This document shows, piece by piece, positions 1 to 11,217 of a stretch of DNA of 57,222 bases (positions are counted from its first letter, which is position 1; each line of letters opens with the position of its first letter). This DNA is from an uncultured bacterium. GTDB lineage: Bacteria > Patescibacteriota > Patescibacteriia > UBA9570 > XYC2-FULL-38-9. The stretch covers positions 1 to 57,222 of the forward strand of contig CALKUP010000014.1 in assembly GCA_937996685.1 (NCBI GenBank), read 5' to 3'. Under the pieces are notes generated by a model. That model was not told where the DNA came from and did not search any database. It was given only the letters and a program-made list of their open reading frames with translations. The position numbers and the translations under genes were made by a program.

Positions 1-30
1 CTCTTTCCCTACACGACGCTCTTCCGATCT
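1..30. other. Illumina TruSeq universal adapter / Read-1 primer remnant (technical artefact at contig end)
   Basis: The first 30 nt, CTCTTTCCCTACACGACGCTCTTCCGATCT, equal the 3' 30 nt of the TruSeq universal adapter. Confidence 0.95.
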
Positions 31-324
31 CGGCTGGTCAACTACGCTCGGGACCGGCCCTCCGTGAGAGATAATACCGTACCGATGAATCGTCTCAATT
101 GGAAAACGGATCATGGGATACCTCACGAATGCCTTTTTTCCCAGGCTCAGGATCTTGGTTTGTTGTTGCGCGGTTTTCAGAACACAATATCAAGGACCTA
201 AAAACACGTGATAAAAACAAAACTCAATACAGAACACGTAATTGTCAAAGAACCTTGAAGGCGCTCTCGCTGACGTGACCAACGCTGTTCATCGTTGTTG
301 GTCGATCACGTCAGAGGTCGCATG

Positions 325-756
325 TCACTCAGGCGGCGGCACAGGGTACTTGATGACGACCATCAGCCCCGGTTCTTCACCGGTCGGCCGCCAACCATGC
401 GGAACGTTGGCCGCAGTCACGAAGGTGTCACCCATCGTGACTGTAGTCGCCTGGATGCAATCTGCCTCACCCCACGTCCACACACCCGACGAAAGGAACA
501 TGAACTCCTCCTCGTTCAGGTGCTGATGGACGGGAAAACCGACGCCAGGCGGGAAACAAGCGACGATGACCTCGAGACCAGGGTAATCCGCCGGGTCGAC
601 GTAGGAGAATCGCCACTGACGAGTCCCGCTCGGGTGGTTGCGCGTCTCGCACTTCACGCCGTACTCAGGCCGCAAAGGCGTTTTTTTCAACGCCTCCTCA
701 ATCCGCCTTGCGTTCATAGCAACCCAGCCCACCAAACTATGGAGCGGCAAGCTCAT
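325..756 (-). CDS. Cupin-domain protein with atypical GC-rich composition
   Basis: 143-aa ORF with a cupin-like core (GFPVHQHLNEEEFMFLSSG ... GDTFVTAANVPHGW). GGAGG Shine-Dalgarno 7 nt upstream of the ATG. About 60% GC versus about 42-45% in the bulk of the window. The opposite-strand ORFs here look like GC-driven shadows. Confidence 0.7.
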   Translation of the reverse strand: MSLPLHSLVGWVAMNARRIEEALKKTPLRPEYGVKCETRNHPSGTRQWRFSYVDPADYPGLEVIVACFPPGVGFPVHQHLNEEEFMFLSSGVWTWGEADCIQATTVTMGDTFVTAANVPHGWRPTGEEPGLMVVIKYPVPPPE

Positions 757-848
757 GAAACCTCCAAATCAGCCTTGCATTCAGCATTATACTGCGCAAA
801 AACTGACTGCCTTTTATAACAGATTATGATAAAAAAGTCCAGTCTTTA

Positions 849-876
849 TTGACACTACCTACAACAGCGCTACAAT
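849..876 (+). promoter_or_regulatory. Sigma70-like promoter upstream of lemA
   Basis: TTGACA (849-854), 16-nt spacer, TACAAT (871-876). It lies 30 nt upstream of the lemA ATG in an AT-rich divergent intergenic region. Confidence 0.5.
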
Positions 877-905
877 AGAGCTGTTATTCATTAAATTATA
901 AAACT

Positions 906-1469
906 ATGATGTTTGGATGGATTATTCTCGGAATCGTTGTTGTCGTCGCTTTTTGGGCGATCGGAGTGTACAACGGCCTTATTCGCTCAAAAAACCAAGT
1001 TGATGAAGCCTGGTCTGATATTGACGTTCAATTAAAACGTCGTTTTGACCTCATCCCAAACTTGATCGAAACAGTCAAAGGCTACGCAACACATGAAAAA
1101 GAGCTGTTTGAAAACGTGACAAAAGCCCGCACAGCCGCAATGACCGCTGGACAAACTGGCAACGTTGGCGATATTGCAAAAGCTGACACAATGCTTTCTG
1201 GTACATTGAAATCATTGTTCGCTGTTGCAGAAAACTACCCAGACCTCAAAGCCAATGAAAATTTTGCAAAATTGCAAGACGAGCTTTCAGATACTGAAAA
1301 TAAAATCATGGCATCACGTCGTTTCTACAATGGCAACGTTCGCGACTTCAACACAAAATTGCAAGTCTTCCCAACTAACATGATTGCTGGCATGCTCAAT
1401 TTCACAACACGTGAATTCTTCGAAATTGAAAACGACCAAGAACGACAAAATGTGCAAGTGAAATTCTAA
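906..1469 (+). CDS. lemA: LemA family protein
   Basis: N-terminal TM segment followed by [32 protein letters not shown], typical of the LemA family. Its stop overlaps the next start (TAATG). Confidence 0.85.
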   Translation: MMFGWIILGIVVVVAFWAIGVYNGLIRSKNQVDEAWSDIDVQLKRRFDLIPNLIETVKGYATHEKELFENVTKARTAAMTAGQTGNVGDIAKADTMLSGTLKSLFAVAENYPDLKANENFAKLQDELSDTENKIMASRRFYNGNVRDFNTKLQVFPTNMIAGMLNFTTREFFEIENDQERQNVQVKF

Positions 1470-2401
1470 TGACCGTCTACCAACAAATTTCGAACAACAA
1501 ATGGAAAACAACAGCGCTGATGACAGTGTTCATCGCGCTGATTGTGGCATTGGGATATTTTGGAGGATACTTTATCGGCGGAGATAGTAGTTACGCAATT
1601 TCCGGCGTTTTTTATGCCACCATTGTTTCAATTGTGATGACGCTTGTCTCCTATTTTGCTGGCGACAGTTTATCGCTGGCCGCTTCTGGAGCGCGGCAAA
1701 TCAAAAAGGAAGACAGTCCATATATCTGGAACATGGTCGAAAATCTGACGATTGCAGTTGGACTGCCAATGCCTCGTATTTTTATTATTGATGATCCGGT
1801 GATGAATGCGTTTGCAACCGGACGTGACCCACAGCATGCGAGCATTGCGCTCACAACTGGACTCATTAACGGTCTTGAAAACGAAGAACTCGAAGCGGTC
1901 ATCGGCCACGAATTATCACACATTCAAAACTACGATATTCGCGTCATGACAATCGTTGTTGTGCTCGTTGGCGTGATTGCCCTCCTCTCTGACTGGATGC
2001 TCCGCATGACACTCTTTGGACGACGCAATTCTGACAGTGATAATAAAGATATTCGGTTACAACTTATCTTTATGGCCATTGGACTCGTCTTTATCATCCT
2101 ATCTCCAATTGCCGCGCAACTGATTCAGCTCGCAATTTCTCGTAAACGCGAATATCTCGCCGACGCCTCATCTGTTCTGATGACACGGTACGCTGACGGC
2201 CTCATTCGTGCATTGCAAAAAATCCAACAACAAGAATCCGCTGGAATGCAAATGCGTCAAGCCAACCACGCAACCGCGCATCTCTTTTTTGCCAATCCCT
2301 TTAAAAAAACCAAATTTGTCTCACGCCTTTTTTCAACCCACCCACCGATTGAAGACCGCATCAACGCCCTTCGCTCAGCAGGCGGCCAATCAGCCCAATA
2401 G
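1469..2401 (+). CDS. htpX: M48-family zinc metalloprotease, HtpX-like
   Basis: HELSH zinc motif (GHELSHIQNYD), four TM segments and a C-terminal STHPPIEDRI motif. The lemA-htpX pairing is common. Confidence 0.85.
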   Translation: MTVYQQISNNKWKTTALMTVFIALIVALGYFGGYFIGGDSSYAISGVFYATIVSIVMTLVSYFAGDSLSLAASGARQIKKEDSPYIWNMVENLTIAVGLPMPRIFIIDDPVMNAFATGRDPQHASIALTTGLINGLENEELEAVIGHELSHIQNYDIRVMTIVVVLVGVIALLSDWMLRMTLFGRRNSDSDNKDIRLQLIFMAIGLVFIILSPIAAQLIQLAISRKREYLADASSVLMTRYADGLIRALQKIQQQESAGMQMRQANHATAHLFFANPFKKTKFVSRLFSTHPPIEDRINALRSAGGQSAQ

Positions 2402-2443
2402 TATTTGGATCATTTTTGTAAATCGCGCTATACTACAAAAACT

Positions 2444-3262
2444 ATGAATGAAATACACACACCAATGATTACCGTAAAAGAAACCTTTAAACGCTCGTTC
2501 GGAATCTATTTGAATCACTTCGGCAAAATCGCCCTTGTCTCTGTCATTCCAAATAGTATCGCCTTTTTGTTGTGGCGCATCACGTTAGCGGTATTTACCA
2601 TTGGTGGCTTAAACGCAAAATCATTGAATAACTTTGCGAGTCTTTCAAATGTGACATTCATTCTCTGTCTTGTGCTCCTTGTCGCGGTTGTACTTGTCAG
2701 TATTTTTGGCATCGTTGCATTGATCTACATGGTTGTGCATCACGAAAAAGCCTCTCTCCTTGAAAGCTTTCAATACGCCATCCATTTCATGTGGCGATAT
2801 ACTATCCAAAATATCATCGTCGGATTATTCATGTCTCTTGGCATTTTGATCGGCGCGGTCATCATGATGATTATCGGCATCGTCCTCGGCTACCTCTCAC
2901 TCGATATCATGAACGCCGTCTTCATTTGGCTGACGCTGATTCCATTAACTATTGCGCTTATTTTTTCCTCAATGCTCTTGTTTGCGCAATATAGTATTAT
3001 TGAAAAAAATCAATCAGTAAAAGAAGCTCTTCGATATAGCTGGACACTTGCTCGACCAATCTGGCTTGGCCTCACTGCTCGCATTCTCTTTATTGCAACA
3101 ATTATTGCTGTTGTGAGTATTGCACTCAAAGCAATTGGCTTTTTAGGCTCACTGATCTCTGTCTTGACTCTGACCCCATTTGCGGTAGTGTATGGATACG
3201 TTTTATACGCTGACCGAGCACAAATTGCTATCTTAAAGGACACAAAAGAAGTCCAAGCGTAA
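2444..3262 (+). CDS. Polytopic membrane protein, function unknown
   Basis: ATG at 2444 (the ORF-track start at 2405 is TTG). At least 6 hydrophobic segments. No recognisable catalytic motif. Confidence 0.6.
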   Translation: MNEIHTPMITVKETFKRSFGIYLNHFGKIALVSVIPNSIAFLLWRITLAVFTIGGLNAKSLNNFASLSNVTFILCLVLLVAVVLVSIFGIVALIYMVVHHEKASLLESFQYAIHFMWRYTIQNIIVGLFMSLGILIGAVIMMIIGIVLGYLSLDIMNAVFIWLTLIPLTIALIFSSMLLFAQYSIIEKNQSVKEALRYSWTLARPIWLGLTARILFIATIIAVVSIALKAIGFLGSLISVLTLTPFAVVYGYVLYADRAQIAILKDTKEVQA

Positions 3263-3292
3263 TACCTCTTTATTGTTACCATTTTCTCTCGA

Positions 3293-5836
3293 ATGAGCTC
3301 AATGTTGCATTTATTTACTGACCACGTAAAAGGCGTTTTAAATCAAGCGATTGATTTAGCGTATACCCGAAACGAAACAGAAGTCACACCAATTGTCATT
3401 TTAGCGGCAATTACAATGGAAAAAGGCTCGCTTGCCCAAGAACTCCTTGGTCAATTTGAGATTACAACAGAAGTTGTCGCGCAGCACATGCCGGAACCAC
3501 ACACTGGTGAACCGGCTGCATTTTTGCCAGCATTTTCAACTGAAAGTAAGCAATGCATTGAACGCGCTGCAGTAATTGCACAAAAAGCAGAGCATCATCA
3601 CATCGGAACAGAACATCTACTCTTTGCCATCATTGAGCAACACGATGAACGCGTTGAAGAACTCTTGGTTGCACATGAAATTCCAGCCGAACACTTACTC
3701 GGGCCGCTCAATCACATCGTCGGCAGTAATACACGGCTCCTCAAAATTCAATCACTCTCTCTCCCGCACCGACACTCCTCATCAACCACAAAAAATCCTA
3801 TGAACACTGAAGCGACAAAAACAACCTCACACGCAACCGCTGTCACAGGAACTCCCGCATTGGATTATTTTAGTCGCGACTTAACCGCTGACTCAATCGT
3901 CGACACTCTTGATCCAGTCATTGGTCGTGAATCTGAAATCGAACGCGTGATTCATATTTTGTCACGTCGCAATAAAAACAATCCAGTACTGATCGGTGAG
4001 CCTGGAGTCGGAAAAACAGCGATTGCCGAAGGTCTTGCAAAACGCATCGTTCAAGGAACTGTGCCGGATGCCTTACTCCACAAACGCGTTGTCGCCCTCG
4101 ACCTTCCTGGACTGCTTGCTGGTTCGATGTATCGTGGTGAATTTGAAAGTCGAATGAAACAAATTTTGGACGAACTCCGAACAAATACTGACATCATTTT
4201 ATTTATCGACGAAATTCATATGATTGTTGGAGCCGGCGGTGTGCAAGGCGGAACAATGGATGCTGCAAACATGTTGAAACCAGCGCTTGCAAAAGGCAAC
4301 ATGCGAACCATCGGCGCCACAACACGGGACGAATATCGCAAACACATTGAAAACGATCCAGCACTCGAGCGACGCTTTCAACCAGTGATCGTTGAAGAAC
4401 CAAGTGAATCCGATGCGTTGGATATTCTCCGTGGCATCAAAAAATATTACGAACAACATCATCACGTACGTTACACAGATGAAGCCTTGGAAGCCGCTGT
4501 TCGCTGGTCTACTCGATACATTCCAGACAAAAATCTACCGGACAAAGCAATCGACTTAATCGATGAGGCCGGCGCACGAGCGCGTGTTATGGAAGCATTG
4601 CCAGAAGAATTACGCGAATACGAAAAACTCAATCGAAAGTTATTAAAAATTATTCGCAAAAAGGAAGCCGCAGTTGCTGCTGAACAATTTACTGACGCTG
4701 TTGAATTAAAAGAATTGGAAGCGGAAATTGACGCTCTCCTCGACACACTCGAAACAGAAGTGAAACTGATTAAAATTCCGCTCATCGAGATCACTGAAAC
4801 AGATATCGCACACGTGATTGAAAAAATGCGAGGCATTCCTGTTTCTGGTTTATTATCTTCCGGGAAAAATCATATTGACCACTTAGAAAAACAACTGAAC
4901 AAGGCAGTCATTGGACAAACTGAAGCCGTTCAAGACGTTGTCTCAGTCATTAAACGCTCCGCAGCAGGCCTGAATAGCCAAAAACGTCCATTAGGCAGCT
5001 TCTTGTTCTGCGGCGCTTCTGGTGTTGGAAAAACACTACTTGCGCAAAAAATTGCAGAGTATCACTTTGGCGATCCAAATGCACTCATTCGAATTGATAT
5101 GTCAGAATTCTCTGAGGGCTTCACTGTCAGTAAGCTCCTTGGCGCGCCAGCTGGCTATGTTGGTCACAACGATACACTTCCGTTTACTGAAGAAGTGCGT
5201 CGACGACCGTATTCTGTTGTCTTGTTTGATGAGATTGAAAAAGCACATCCAGACATGTTTAATGTCTTGTTACAAATTTTGGATGACGGAACAGTGACAG
5301 ACAACACCGGACGTGTCATTCATTTTCATAACACGATTATTATTCTCACAACAAATGTTGGCGTCACACTGTTGAACCAACAAGCGGGACTCGGTTTTGA
5401 CATTGCCGTGAAAGCTGATGCTGTAGAGCAGAAAAAAATTGATATAGAGAAAACGAACGAAGCAATGAAAGAGCTGCTCTTGGAAACATTCCCACAAGAA
5501 TTTTTAAACCGCATTGATCATCGTATTTTGTTTAACCCACTGACACCAAAAGCAATGTCGGCAATTGTTTCTTTGGAATTACAAGAATTAATTCAACGCT
5601 TGAAGACACAAAAAATAAAATGTTCTGTAAGCGCTGCAGTGAAAAAACAGATTGGGATTGTGAGCTTTGAAGCAGAATCTGGTGCACGTCGCGTTCGCCA
5701 ACAAATTGCCGCTCTCATTGAGACACCGCTGTCTGATGCGCTTCTTGCATATCGCGACGCACATCCAAACAGCCCAGCAAAAACTGTTACGATTGATTTG
5801 AACAAAAAGAAAGAAATAACAATTCACATTTCATAA
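3293..5836 (+). CDS. clpC: Clp/Hsp100 AAA+ chaperone, ClpC-type
   Basis: Clp N-domain repeats. Two AAA+ modules (GEPGVGKTA, and DEIH in NBD1; GASGVGKT and LFDEIEKAH in NBD2). Short UVR-like middle domain ([18 protein letters not shown]). LGF ClpP-docking tripeptide. Confidence 0.9.
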   Translation: MSSMLHLFTDHVKGVLNQAIDLAYTRNETEVTPIVILAAITMEKGSLAQELLGQFEITTEVVAQHMPEPHTGEPAAFLPAFSTESKQCIERAAVIAQKAEHHHIGTEHLLFAIIEQHDERVEELLVAHEIPAEHLLGPLNHIVGSNTRLLKIQSLSLPHRHSSSTTKNPMNTEATKTTSHATAVTGTPALDYFSRDLTADSIVDTLDPVIGRESEIERVIHILSRRNKNNPVLIGEPGVGKTAIAEGLAKRIVQGTVPDALLHKRVVALDLPGLLAGSMYRGEFESRMKQILDELRTNTDIILFIDEIHMIVGAGGVQGGTMDAANMLKPALAKGNMRTIGATTRDEYRKHIENDPALERRFQPVIVEEPSESDALDILRGIKKYYEQHHHVRYTDEALEAAVRWSTRYIPDKNLPDKAIDLIDEAGARARVMEALPEELREYEKLNRKLLKIIRKKEAAVAAEQFTDAVELKELEAEIDALLDTLETEVKLIKIPLIEITETDIAHVIEKMRGIPVSGLLSSGKNHIDHLEKQLNKAVIGQTEAVQDVVSVIKRSAAGLNSQKRPLGSFLFCGASGVGKTLLAQKIAEYHFGDPNALIRIDMSEFSEGFTVSKLLGAPAGYVGHNDTLPFTEEVRRRPYSVVLFDEIEKAHPDMFNVLLQILDDGTVTDNTGRVIHFHNTIIILTTNVGVTLLNQQAGLGFDIAVKADAVEQKKIDIEKTNEAMKELLLETFPQEFLNRIDHRILFNPLTPKAMSAIVSLELQELIQRLKTQKIKCSVSAAVKKQIGIVSFEAESGARRVRQQIAALIETPLSDALLAYRDAHPNSPAKTVTIDLNKKKEITIHIS

Positions 5837-5842
5837 CACCTC

Positions 5843-6571
5843 ATGCCAGCAGCACCGCGCCTGCTTGCCACCCTCCTCGATACATTTTTTCCTCGACGCT
5901 GTGCTCTGTGCGGTGTTTTTGATACCTGGGCTTGTGATTCATGTTTACGGACCGCTTGCACTCCTCGCATCGAACCATGGAATCGTCCTTTCGGCGCAAG
6001 TCGCATATCGCAATCGAGCAAGCTGATTTCACTTGGTTTGTATCACGAACCACTGCTTGCACACCTGATGGATCTGTATAAATTTCATAATGCGCGTGAC
6101 ATCGGAGACACCCTCGGAACGCTCCTTGCTCTTGGAACGCGGCAGTTCATTCAACAACACTACAGCACCGCAAAACCGATTATTCTCATTCCGATTCCAC
6201 TACATCGCAAACGGATTCGAGAACGAGGCTTTAATCAAAACGCTCGCATTGCCCACGCTCTTTTTATGGCACTTGGTGTAGCACAGGCGCAGTACCGTCC
6301 AGATTTGTTACAGCGAACTCGCTATACGACGCATCAAACAACCGTCGCAACAAAAGACCGCGCTGCGAATATCGCCGGAGCATTTGCATTACACCCCGAC
6401 ACAGACCGTACATCTGTTATTACAGGTAGTCATATTCTCCTGATTGACGACATCGCAACAACTGGCGCAACGCTCAACGAAGCCACTCAAGTGATTATGC
6501 AACAACACCCAGCATCAATTGATTATATTACTGCGCTCAGAAGTTCTGCACAGACGGACTTGCAGGAGTAA
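5843..6571 (+). CDS. comFC: ComF family protein (ComFC-like, phosphoribosyltransferase fold)
   Basis: N-terminal Cys pairs (CALCG ... CDSC) and a C-terminal PRTase motif (ILLIDDIATTGATL). Confidence 0.8.
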   Translation: MPAAPRLLATLLDTFFPRRCALCGVFDTWACDSCLRTACTPRIEPWNRPFGASRISQSSKLISLGLYHEPLLAHLMDLYKFHNARDIGDTLGTLLALGTRQFIQQHYSTAKPIILIPIPLHRKRIRERGFNQNARIAHALFMALGVAQAQYRPDLLQRTRYTTHQTTVATKDRAANIAGAFALHPDTDRTSVITGSHILLIDDIATTGATLNEATQVIMQQHPASIDYITALRSSAQTDLQE

Positions 6572-6592
6572 GACAAAGGAGTATAGTAATTT

Positions 6593-8251
6593 ATGGCTTA
6601 TTATTTCTCTTTTTTTATGTTTTCACTCCTTAAACAGAACTGGCGCTCAGGCCTGACTGTTGCGCTCATCTCAATCCCCCTTTCAATTTCGCTCGCTGTT
6701 GCCTCTGGAGCGACTCCAGCCATGGGGATCATCACTGCCATTTGGGCAGGCTTACTCGCAGCCCTGTTTGGTGGCAGTAACTATAATATCGTCGGACCTG
6801 CCGGCGCTCTGTCCGCCGCACTCGCTGCATTTAGCATTACACACGGCATGGAACTTCTCCCAAGCCTTGCGATTGTCACTGGTCTATTTATCGGCCTTGC
6901 CTATCTTTTTCGGTTAGAGCGATACCTCGTGCTCGTTCCAAGTGCTGTCATGCACGGTTTCAGCTTAGGGGTTGGCATTATCATCGGTCTCGGGCAACTC
7001 AACTTTGCATTCGGACTACACGGCCTCACAAAGCACCCTGAATTCATCCAAAACACCGCTGAAACATTTCGACATATTTTTGAACTCCAAGCCGGCACGA
7101 CTCTTGTCTTCGTATTGTTTCTTCTTGGACTGTTTGCGTGTCTAAAGCTTGTGCCAAAAATTCCCGGCGCTATCCTCCTGACACCATTCGGCATTCTCTT
7201 GGGATTTTTATCCCAAACTGGTCGCATTCCTCTTGCCATTGAAACACTCGGCCAACGCTTTCCAAACAACACAATTGATATTTTTACACTACCAAGTTTT
7301 CATTTCTCAAGTGCTGTACTCAGCGCTGGTCTCGGCATTGCGTTTATCGCTATTTTGGAAACGCTCATTTCTGCAAAAATTGCCGACATCATGACGCACA
7401 CAACATTTGATCGACGTCGAGAAATGATCGGGCTCGCAATCGCAAATATTGGATCCGGGCTCTTTGGCGGACTGCCAGCAACTGGCGTGTTTGTACGCAC
7501 AGGCCTCAACGTTCGATCTGGAGCAACTCATAAAATTTCTTCTGGCATCAATGCTGTTTGTGTTGCACTGATCTCCCTCTTTTTATTCCGCTACTTCAAT
7601 TACATCCCAATGGCTGTCATCGCTTCTATTTTAGTATTTGCGTCAATTCGCATGGTTGAAACAAAACACTTGAAGGAGCTGTGGTTATTTAGCCGTCGTG
7701 ATTTTTGGCTCGCCATTGTCACTGCAACAACAATGATTTTGATTGATACTGTTGCCGGCATTATTGTTGGATCGCTCCTTGCTCTTTTATTCTTTGTGGA
7801 ACAATTGTCAAAGGGCCAATTTGAAATGACAATTAATAATGAGGAGCATGAAATTATTGAGCGTTATTACGAAGACCCAAAAGACGGCTTTGTACAAACC
7901 GGAGACGTTGCTGTCTATTCAATGAAAGGAGAACTTACATATATTGACGTTGAAGCGCACACCAACCGAATTACACACGGAGCAAATAGCTTTCAAACAA
8001 TCATCTTGCGAATGCGTGAGCTCAGCATTGTTGATTTAGAAGGCGTCCATGCATTTGATGCAATTGTTGAACAGCTTAGAGACGCACATAAAAATATCTA
8101 CATCTCCAGTGTTCATGAACATGTGGAAGCAATGCTTACAAAAGGTCACACATACACAGAACTACAACAAGAAGGTCACGTGTTTGAAAATACACGCTCC
8201 GCGCTACAACACCTCGGCTTCAACAAACGGAATTTAAAAATGGACGAGTAA
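6593..8251 (+). CDS. SulP family inorganic anion transporter with C-terminal STAS domain
   Basis: N-terminal signature GLTVALISIPLSISLAVASGATP, about 10-12 TM segments and a STAS-like C-terminus of about 130 aa. Confidence 0.85.
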   Translation: MAYYFSFFMFSLLKQNWRSGLTVALISIPLSISLAVASGATPAMGIITAIWAGLLAALFGGSNYNIVGPAGALSAALAAFSITHGMELLPSLAIVTGLFIGLAYLFRLERYLVLVPSAVMHGFSLGVGIIIGLGQLNFAFGLHGLTKHPEFIQNTAETFRHIFELQAGTTLVFVLFLLGLFACLKLVPKIPGAILLTPFGILLGFLSQTGRIPLAIETLGQRFPNNTIDIFTLPSFHFSSAVLSAGLGIAFIAILETLISAKIADIMTHTTFDRRREMIGLAIANIGSGLFGGLPATGVFVRTGLNVRSGATHKISSGINAVCVALISLFLFRYFNYIPMAVIASILVFASIRMVETKHLKELWLFSRRDFWLAIVTATTMILIDTVAGIIVGSLLALLFFVEQLSKGQFEMTINNEEHEIIERYYEDPKDGFVQTGDVAVYSMKGELTYIDVEAHTNRITHGANSFQTIILRMRELSIVDLEGVHAFDAIVEQLRDAHKNIYISSVHEHVEAMLTKGHTYTELQQEGHVFENTRSALQHLGFNKRNLKMDE

Positions 8252-8270
8252 GCCTCATCCATTTGATTGA

Positions 8271-9041
8271 TTATTTTTTTGGAAACCACGGGATAAAGAC
8301 GCTCGTGGTTTTTTTGTAGGCCTCAAAGTCTGGCCGTCCAGCATATTTCCGCTCAAGCATCGGAACGCCGGAGACAAATAAAATGAGCACTGTAATCGTC
8401 AACGGGCTCAATAACGTGATCAGCGAACCAGACACCGACAGCGCGATACACCAAATTCCCCACCACTGAGTCACTTCCCCAAAATAATTCGGATGACGAC
8501 TATATTTCCATAATCCACCGGTCATTAACACACCACGATTTTCTGGAAGCGCTAAATGGTCTGCAAGCTGCTTGTCTGCAGTGGCTTCAAACCAAAATCC
8601 GAAACACCACACAATAATTCCAATGCCCGCAAGCAGAGAAACCGTGTTATCTTCGGCATATTGCACAATGAATAGAGGCGATAACGCAATGAGATACAGT
8701 AACACACCTTGCAACACATAGATTTGTAAAAAGGATCGGATCACAAACCATTTTCCCCACTGTTCACGCCACAGCGCATAGCGATGATCTTCTGGTCTTC
8801 CTTTGTGACGTCCAGCAATATGCCATGCAAGACGTGTTCCCCAAATACCGATCATGACACCAACAAGCATTGGCAGTAAGAAAAAATGCCCTGTTTGCCC
8901 AACTGTAAACCAAGTGAGCAATACAAAACCTAATCCCCATGCAACATCAGCAACGTCATTTCGTTTTTTCACCAACGAAACAATAAACCATCCGCCCATG
9001 TATAACGCGAGTAGGATCGCTGCCTGCAAAAAAATGCTCAT
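8271..9041 (-). CDS. DUF1295 / steroid 5-alpha-reductase-like membrane protein
   Basis: [18 protein letters not shown] motif and a polytopic profile. The ATG at 9041 overlaps the upstream stop (ATGA), suggesting translational coupling. The longer ORF-track start is unlikely. Confidence 0.75.
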   Translation of the reverse strand: MSIFLQAAILLALYMGGWFIVSLVKKRNDVADVAWGLGFVLLTWFTVGQTGHFFLLPMLVGVMIGIWGTRLAWHIAGRHKGRPEDHRYALWREQWGKWFVIRSFLQIYVLQGVLLYLIALSPLFIVQYAEDNTVSLLAGIGIIVWCFGFWFEATADKQLADHLALPENRGVLMTGGLWKYSRHPNYFGEVTQWWGIWCIALSVSGSLITLLSPLTITVLILFVSGVPMLERKYAGRPDFEAYKKTTSVFIPWFPKK

Positions 9042-9436
9042 AGTCCAAATTGTTTTGCAATGAAGTACGAAATTGTTGAAACACTGGCAGCGAGTGTCGC
9101 ACCCCAACAGAGGTCAACAATCGTAATCAGCAGCGGCCAATCTTTTACTGTCGCAAGATTGGTTAAATCGTAGGTTGCATATGTAATCAGACCAAACAAC
9201 GCTCCCATGCCAAGTGCCACCATCCATGAACTTTTATCAACAGCCGGAGAAATAACAAAGACAACCAACCCAACGATAAAGAGTAAATAAAAGAGAATAG
9301 CCGCAATCCAATTCACACTTGGAGCCATTAAATACCCAAGTTGTTCTTTGTAGAGGTTTTTTGAAATGAGCCCAAGCCATACCATATCAATGGCAAAAAA
9401 TACCGGGAGAGCGATGAAATAGAGTTTAATAAACAT
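9038..9436 (-). CDS. DUF2177-like small membrane protein
   Basis: 132 aa with 4 TM segments. Pattern FAIDMVWLG ... [17 protein letters not shown] matches my recollection of DUF2177. Confidence 0.65.
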   Translation of the reverse strand: MFIKLYFIALPVFFAIDMVWLGLISKNLYKEQLGYLMAPSVNWIAAILFYLLFIVGLVVFVISPAVDKSSWMVALGMGALFGLITYATYDLTNLATVKDWPLLITIVDLCWGATLAASVSTISYFIAKQFGL

Positions 9437-9455
9437 ATATAGTTTTATTCATTTT

Positions 9456-9875
9456 TTATAAAGATTCCGCGTGTCGTTTGAATGAATTCAAAATTGCTTG
9501 CCAGCCTTCTTGTTGTCGCTCTGCTGGATTTTCTGTTTCCATTTCAAAGGTTTCTGTGACAAGTGTTTTGCCGTCTTGCTCTTCAAATAGAATCTCAACT
9601 GTTCGACCATCTGCAATGGCATACGCGATTTTTTTCTGTGGTTCAACCGCAGTGTACACACCGTTAAAATCAAACCCTGTGCTTCCATCTTTTGCTTGCA
9701 TGTAGGTTGAAAACTTTCCACCTTCACGAAGATCATTTGTGACATCACCTACTCCCCAATCATCTGATGCAAAACACCATTGCTTGATGTCTTCAGGAGT
9801 TGTCCACGCTTTCCAGACAATCTCCGAAGATGCGGCAACGAGCGCTGACACTGTTATTTGTGTATTCATATACAT
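9456..9875 (-). CDS. SRPBCC-superfamily protein (AHSA1/Aha1-like)
   Basis: 139 aa. The pattern VWKAWTTPEDIKQW ... DLREGGKF ... GWQAILNSF is typical of the AHSA1 family. An alternative ATG lies at 9869. Confidence 0.75.
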   Translation of the reverse strand: MYMNTQITVSALVAASSEIVWKAWTTPEDIKQWCFASDDWGVGDVTNDLREGGKFSTYMQAKDGSTGFDFNGVYTAVEPQKKIAYAIADGRTVEILFEEQDGKTLVTETFEMETENPAERQQEGWQAILNSFKRHAESL

Positions 9876-9882
9876 TCAATTA

Positions 9883-10299
9883 TTACACGCCCCATTGCGC
9901 ATGCACGCGCGCAAGACCGTTTTTGATAAGCCGTTCTAACACCTTCGGGTTTACTGTCTCCATGTTTTTGATATGGATACAGGAACCACTGACATTACAC
10001 TTGCCTAATTCCTCAAGTGCCGGATCAGAAGGATCTGTTGGAAGTATACCATATAAGACCGGTCCTGTTTTTCGCATTGCAAAACCAACCGCCAATGAAT
10101 CTCCTTCACGACCAGACTCATACACATAATGATATTCCCCAAAACCGAAAATCTTTCCCCACATCACACATTTTTTCTTTGCCGCTTTTTCAAATATGTT
10201 TACGAGTTGCCCCGCTATCACTTGCTGCTCTTTCGGCAGATCTGCAATTGCATCTTTGACGGAAATGGTTGTTGCGACTGTTTTATTGTTTGCTTTCAT
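9883..10299 (-). CDS. DUF1801 (YdhG-like) domain protein
   Basis: MWGKIFGFGEYHYVYESGREGD ... core typical of DUF1801. Confidence 0.7.
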   Translation of the reverse strand: MKANNKTVATTISVKDAIADLPKEQQVIAGQLVNIFEKAAKKKCVMWGKIFGFGEYHYVYESGREGDSLAVGFAMRKTGPVLYGILPTDPSDPALEELGKCNVSGSCIHIKNMETVNPKVLERLIKNGLARVHAQWGV

Positions 10300-10326
10300 A
10301 CAAAACCTTTTATTGTTCTTCCCTAT

Positions 10327-10785
10327 TTACTTTTCTAAATCTTTGATAACAATTTTTTTCATTTGAAACATCTGATTCATTGCATATTGCCGTGTTTGCG
10401 TGTCTGTTGTTGTCGACAGCTCTCGTAATCGCTGCGGAACAACCTGCCAAGAAAGACCATACGCATCTTTACACCAACCACACATACTCTCCGCTCCTCC
10501 ATTCCTTGTTAGCGCATCCCAATAATAATCTACCTCCGCTTGATCTTCACAATAAATAGTCAAAGAAATAGCTTCTGTGAATGCAAACATTGGTCCGGCT
10601 GCGAGCAACTCATATTGCCGATCAAAGAGTTCAATTGTGGCAACTTGATATTCACCTCCAGGACCATTTTGGAGATCTCCCAAATACACAACTGTCATGT
10701 TGTCTTTAAAAATAGCTTGATAATACTCAATAACGTTCGGCAGGTCTTTTTCAAACCACAGGCATGGGACGATTTTGTTATTCAT
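10327..10785 (-). CDS. VOC-superfamily protein, PhnB-like (3-demethylubiquinone-9 3-methyltransferase-domain family)
   Basis: The pattern IVPCLWFEKD ... YYQAIF ... CGWCKDAYGLSWQVVP is a close match to the family consensus. Confidence 0.8.
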   Translation of the reverse strand: MNNKIVPCLWFEKDLPNVIEYYQAIFKDNMTVVYLGDLQNGPGGEYQVATIELFDRQYELLAAGPMFAFTEAISLTIYCEDQAEVDYYWDALTRNGGAESMCGWCKDAYGLSWQVVPQRLRELSTTTDTQTRQYAMNQMFQMKKIVIKDLEK

Positions 10786-10803
10786 ACTCTCATTATTATG
10801 TAT

Positions 10804-11169
10804 TTAATTATTTCGTAAAATCTTTTCCATTGCCTTCCCTTTTGCAAGCTCATCAACAACTTTGTCTAAATATCGTATTTTTCTGGTTAATGGATTATCA
10901 ATTTCTTCAATCCTATAACCACAAATCACTCCAGTTATTTTTTTCGCGTTACGATTGAGTTTCGCTTTTTGGAAAAATGTTTTAAATGTCACCTGTTCTT
11001 TCATCAGAGCCTTAATTGCCTGTTCATCAAAACCAGTCAGCCACTCAATCACTTGGTGCAGTTCTTTTTTTGTTCGACCCTTCTTTTCTATTTTTTGTAG
11101 ATACAACGGATACACTGCAGAAAACGTTAGCTGCGCCATCCGCTGATTATGCTCTTTGGTGATTTTCAT
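10804..11169 (-). CDS. DUF2200 domain protein
   Basis: FSAVYPLYLQKIEKKGRTKKELHQVIEWLTGF matches the DUF2200 consensus as I recall it. Confidence 0.65.
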   Translation of the reverse strand: MKITKEHNQRMAQLTFSAVYPLYLQKIEKKGRTKKELHQVIEWLTGFDEQAIKALMKEQVTFKTFFQKAKLNRNAKKITGVICGYRIEEIDNPLTRKIRYLDKVVDELAKGKAMEKILRNN

Positions 11170-11217
11170 ACATATACTCTACTACAATTGAGATCTTCTT
11201 GGTATTGTTTTACCTAT

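Noticed and set aside
31-114. Minus-strand ORF fragment starting at the ATG at 114 (MIRFPIETIHRYGIISHGGPVPSVVDQP) that stays open into the adapter.
   Set aside because: Only 28 codons with no recognisable motif, and it is truncated by non-biological adapter sequence. It cannot be supported as a gene.
242-829. Several overlapping ORFs on both strands (242-526 +, 295-819 +, 467-652 -, 638-829 +) in the GC-rich left end.
   Set aside because: High GC suppresses stop codons, so shadow ORFs are expected. Only the minus-strand 325-756 ORF has a recognisable cupin fold pattern and an SD.
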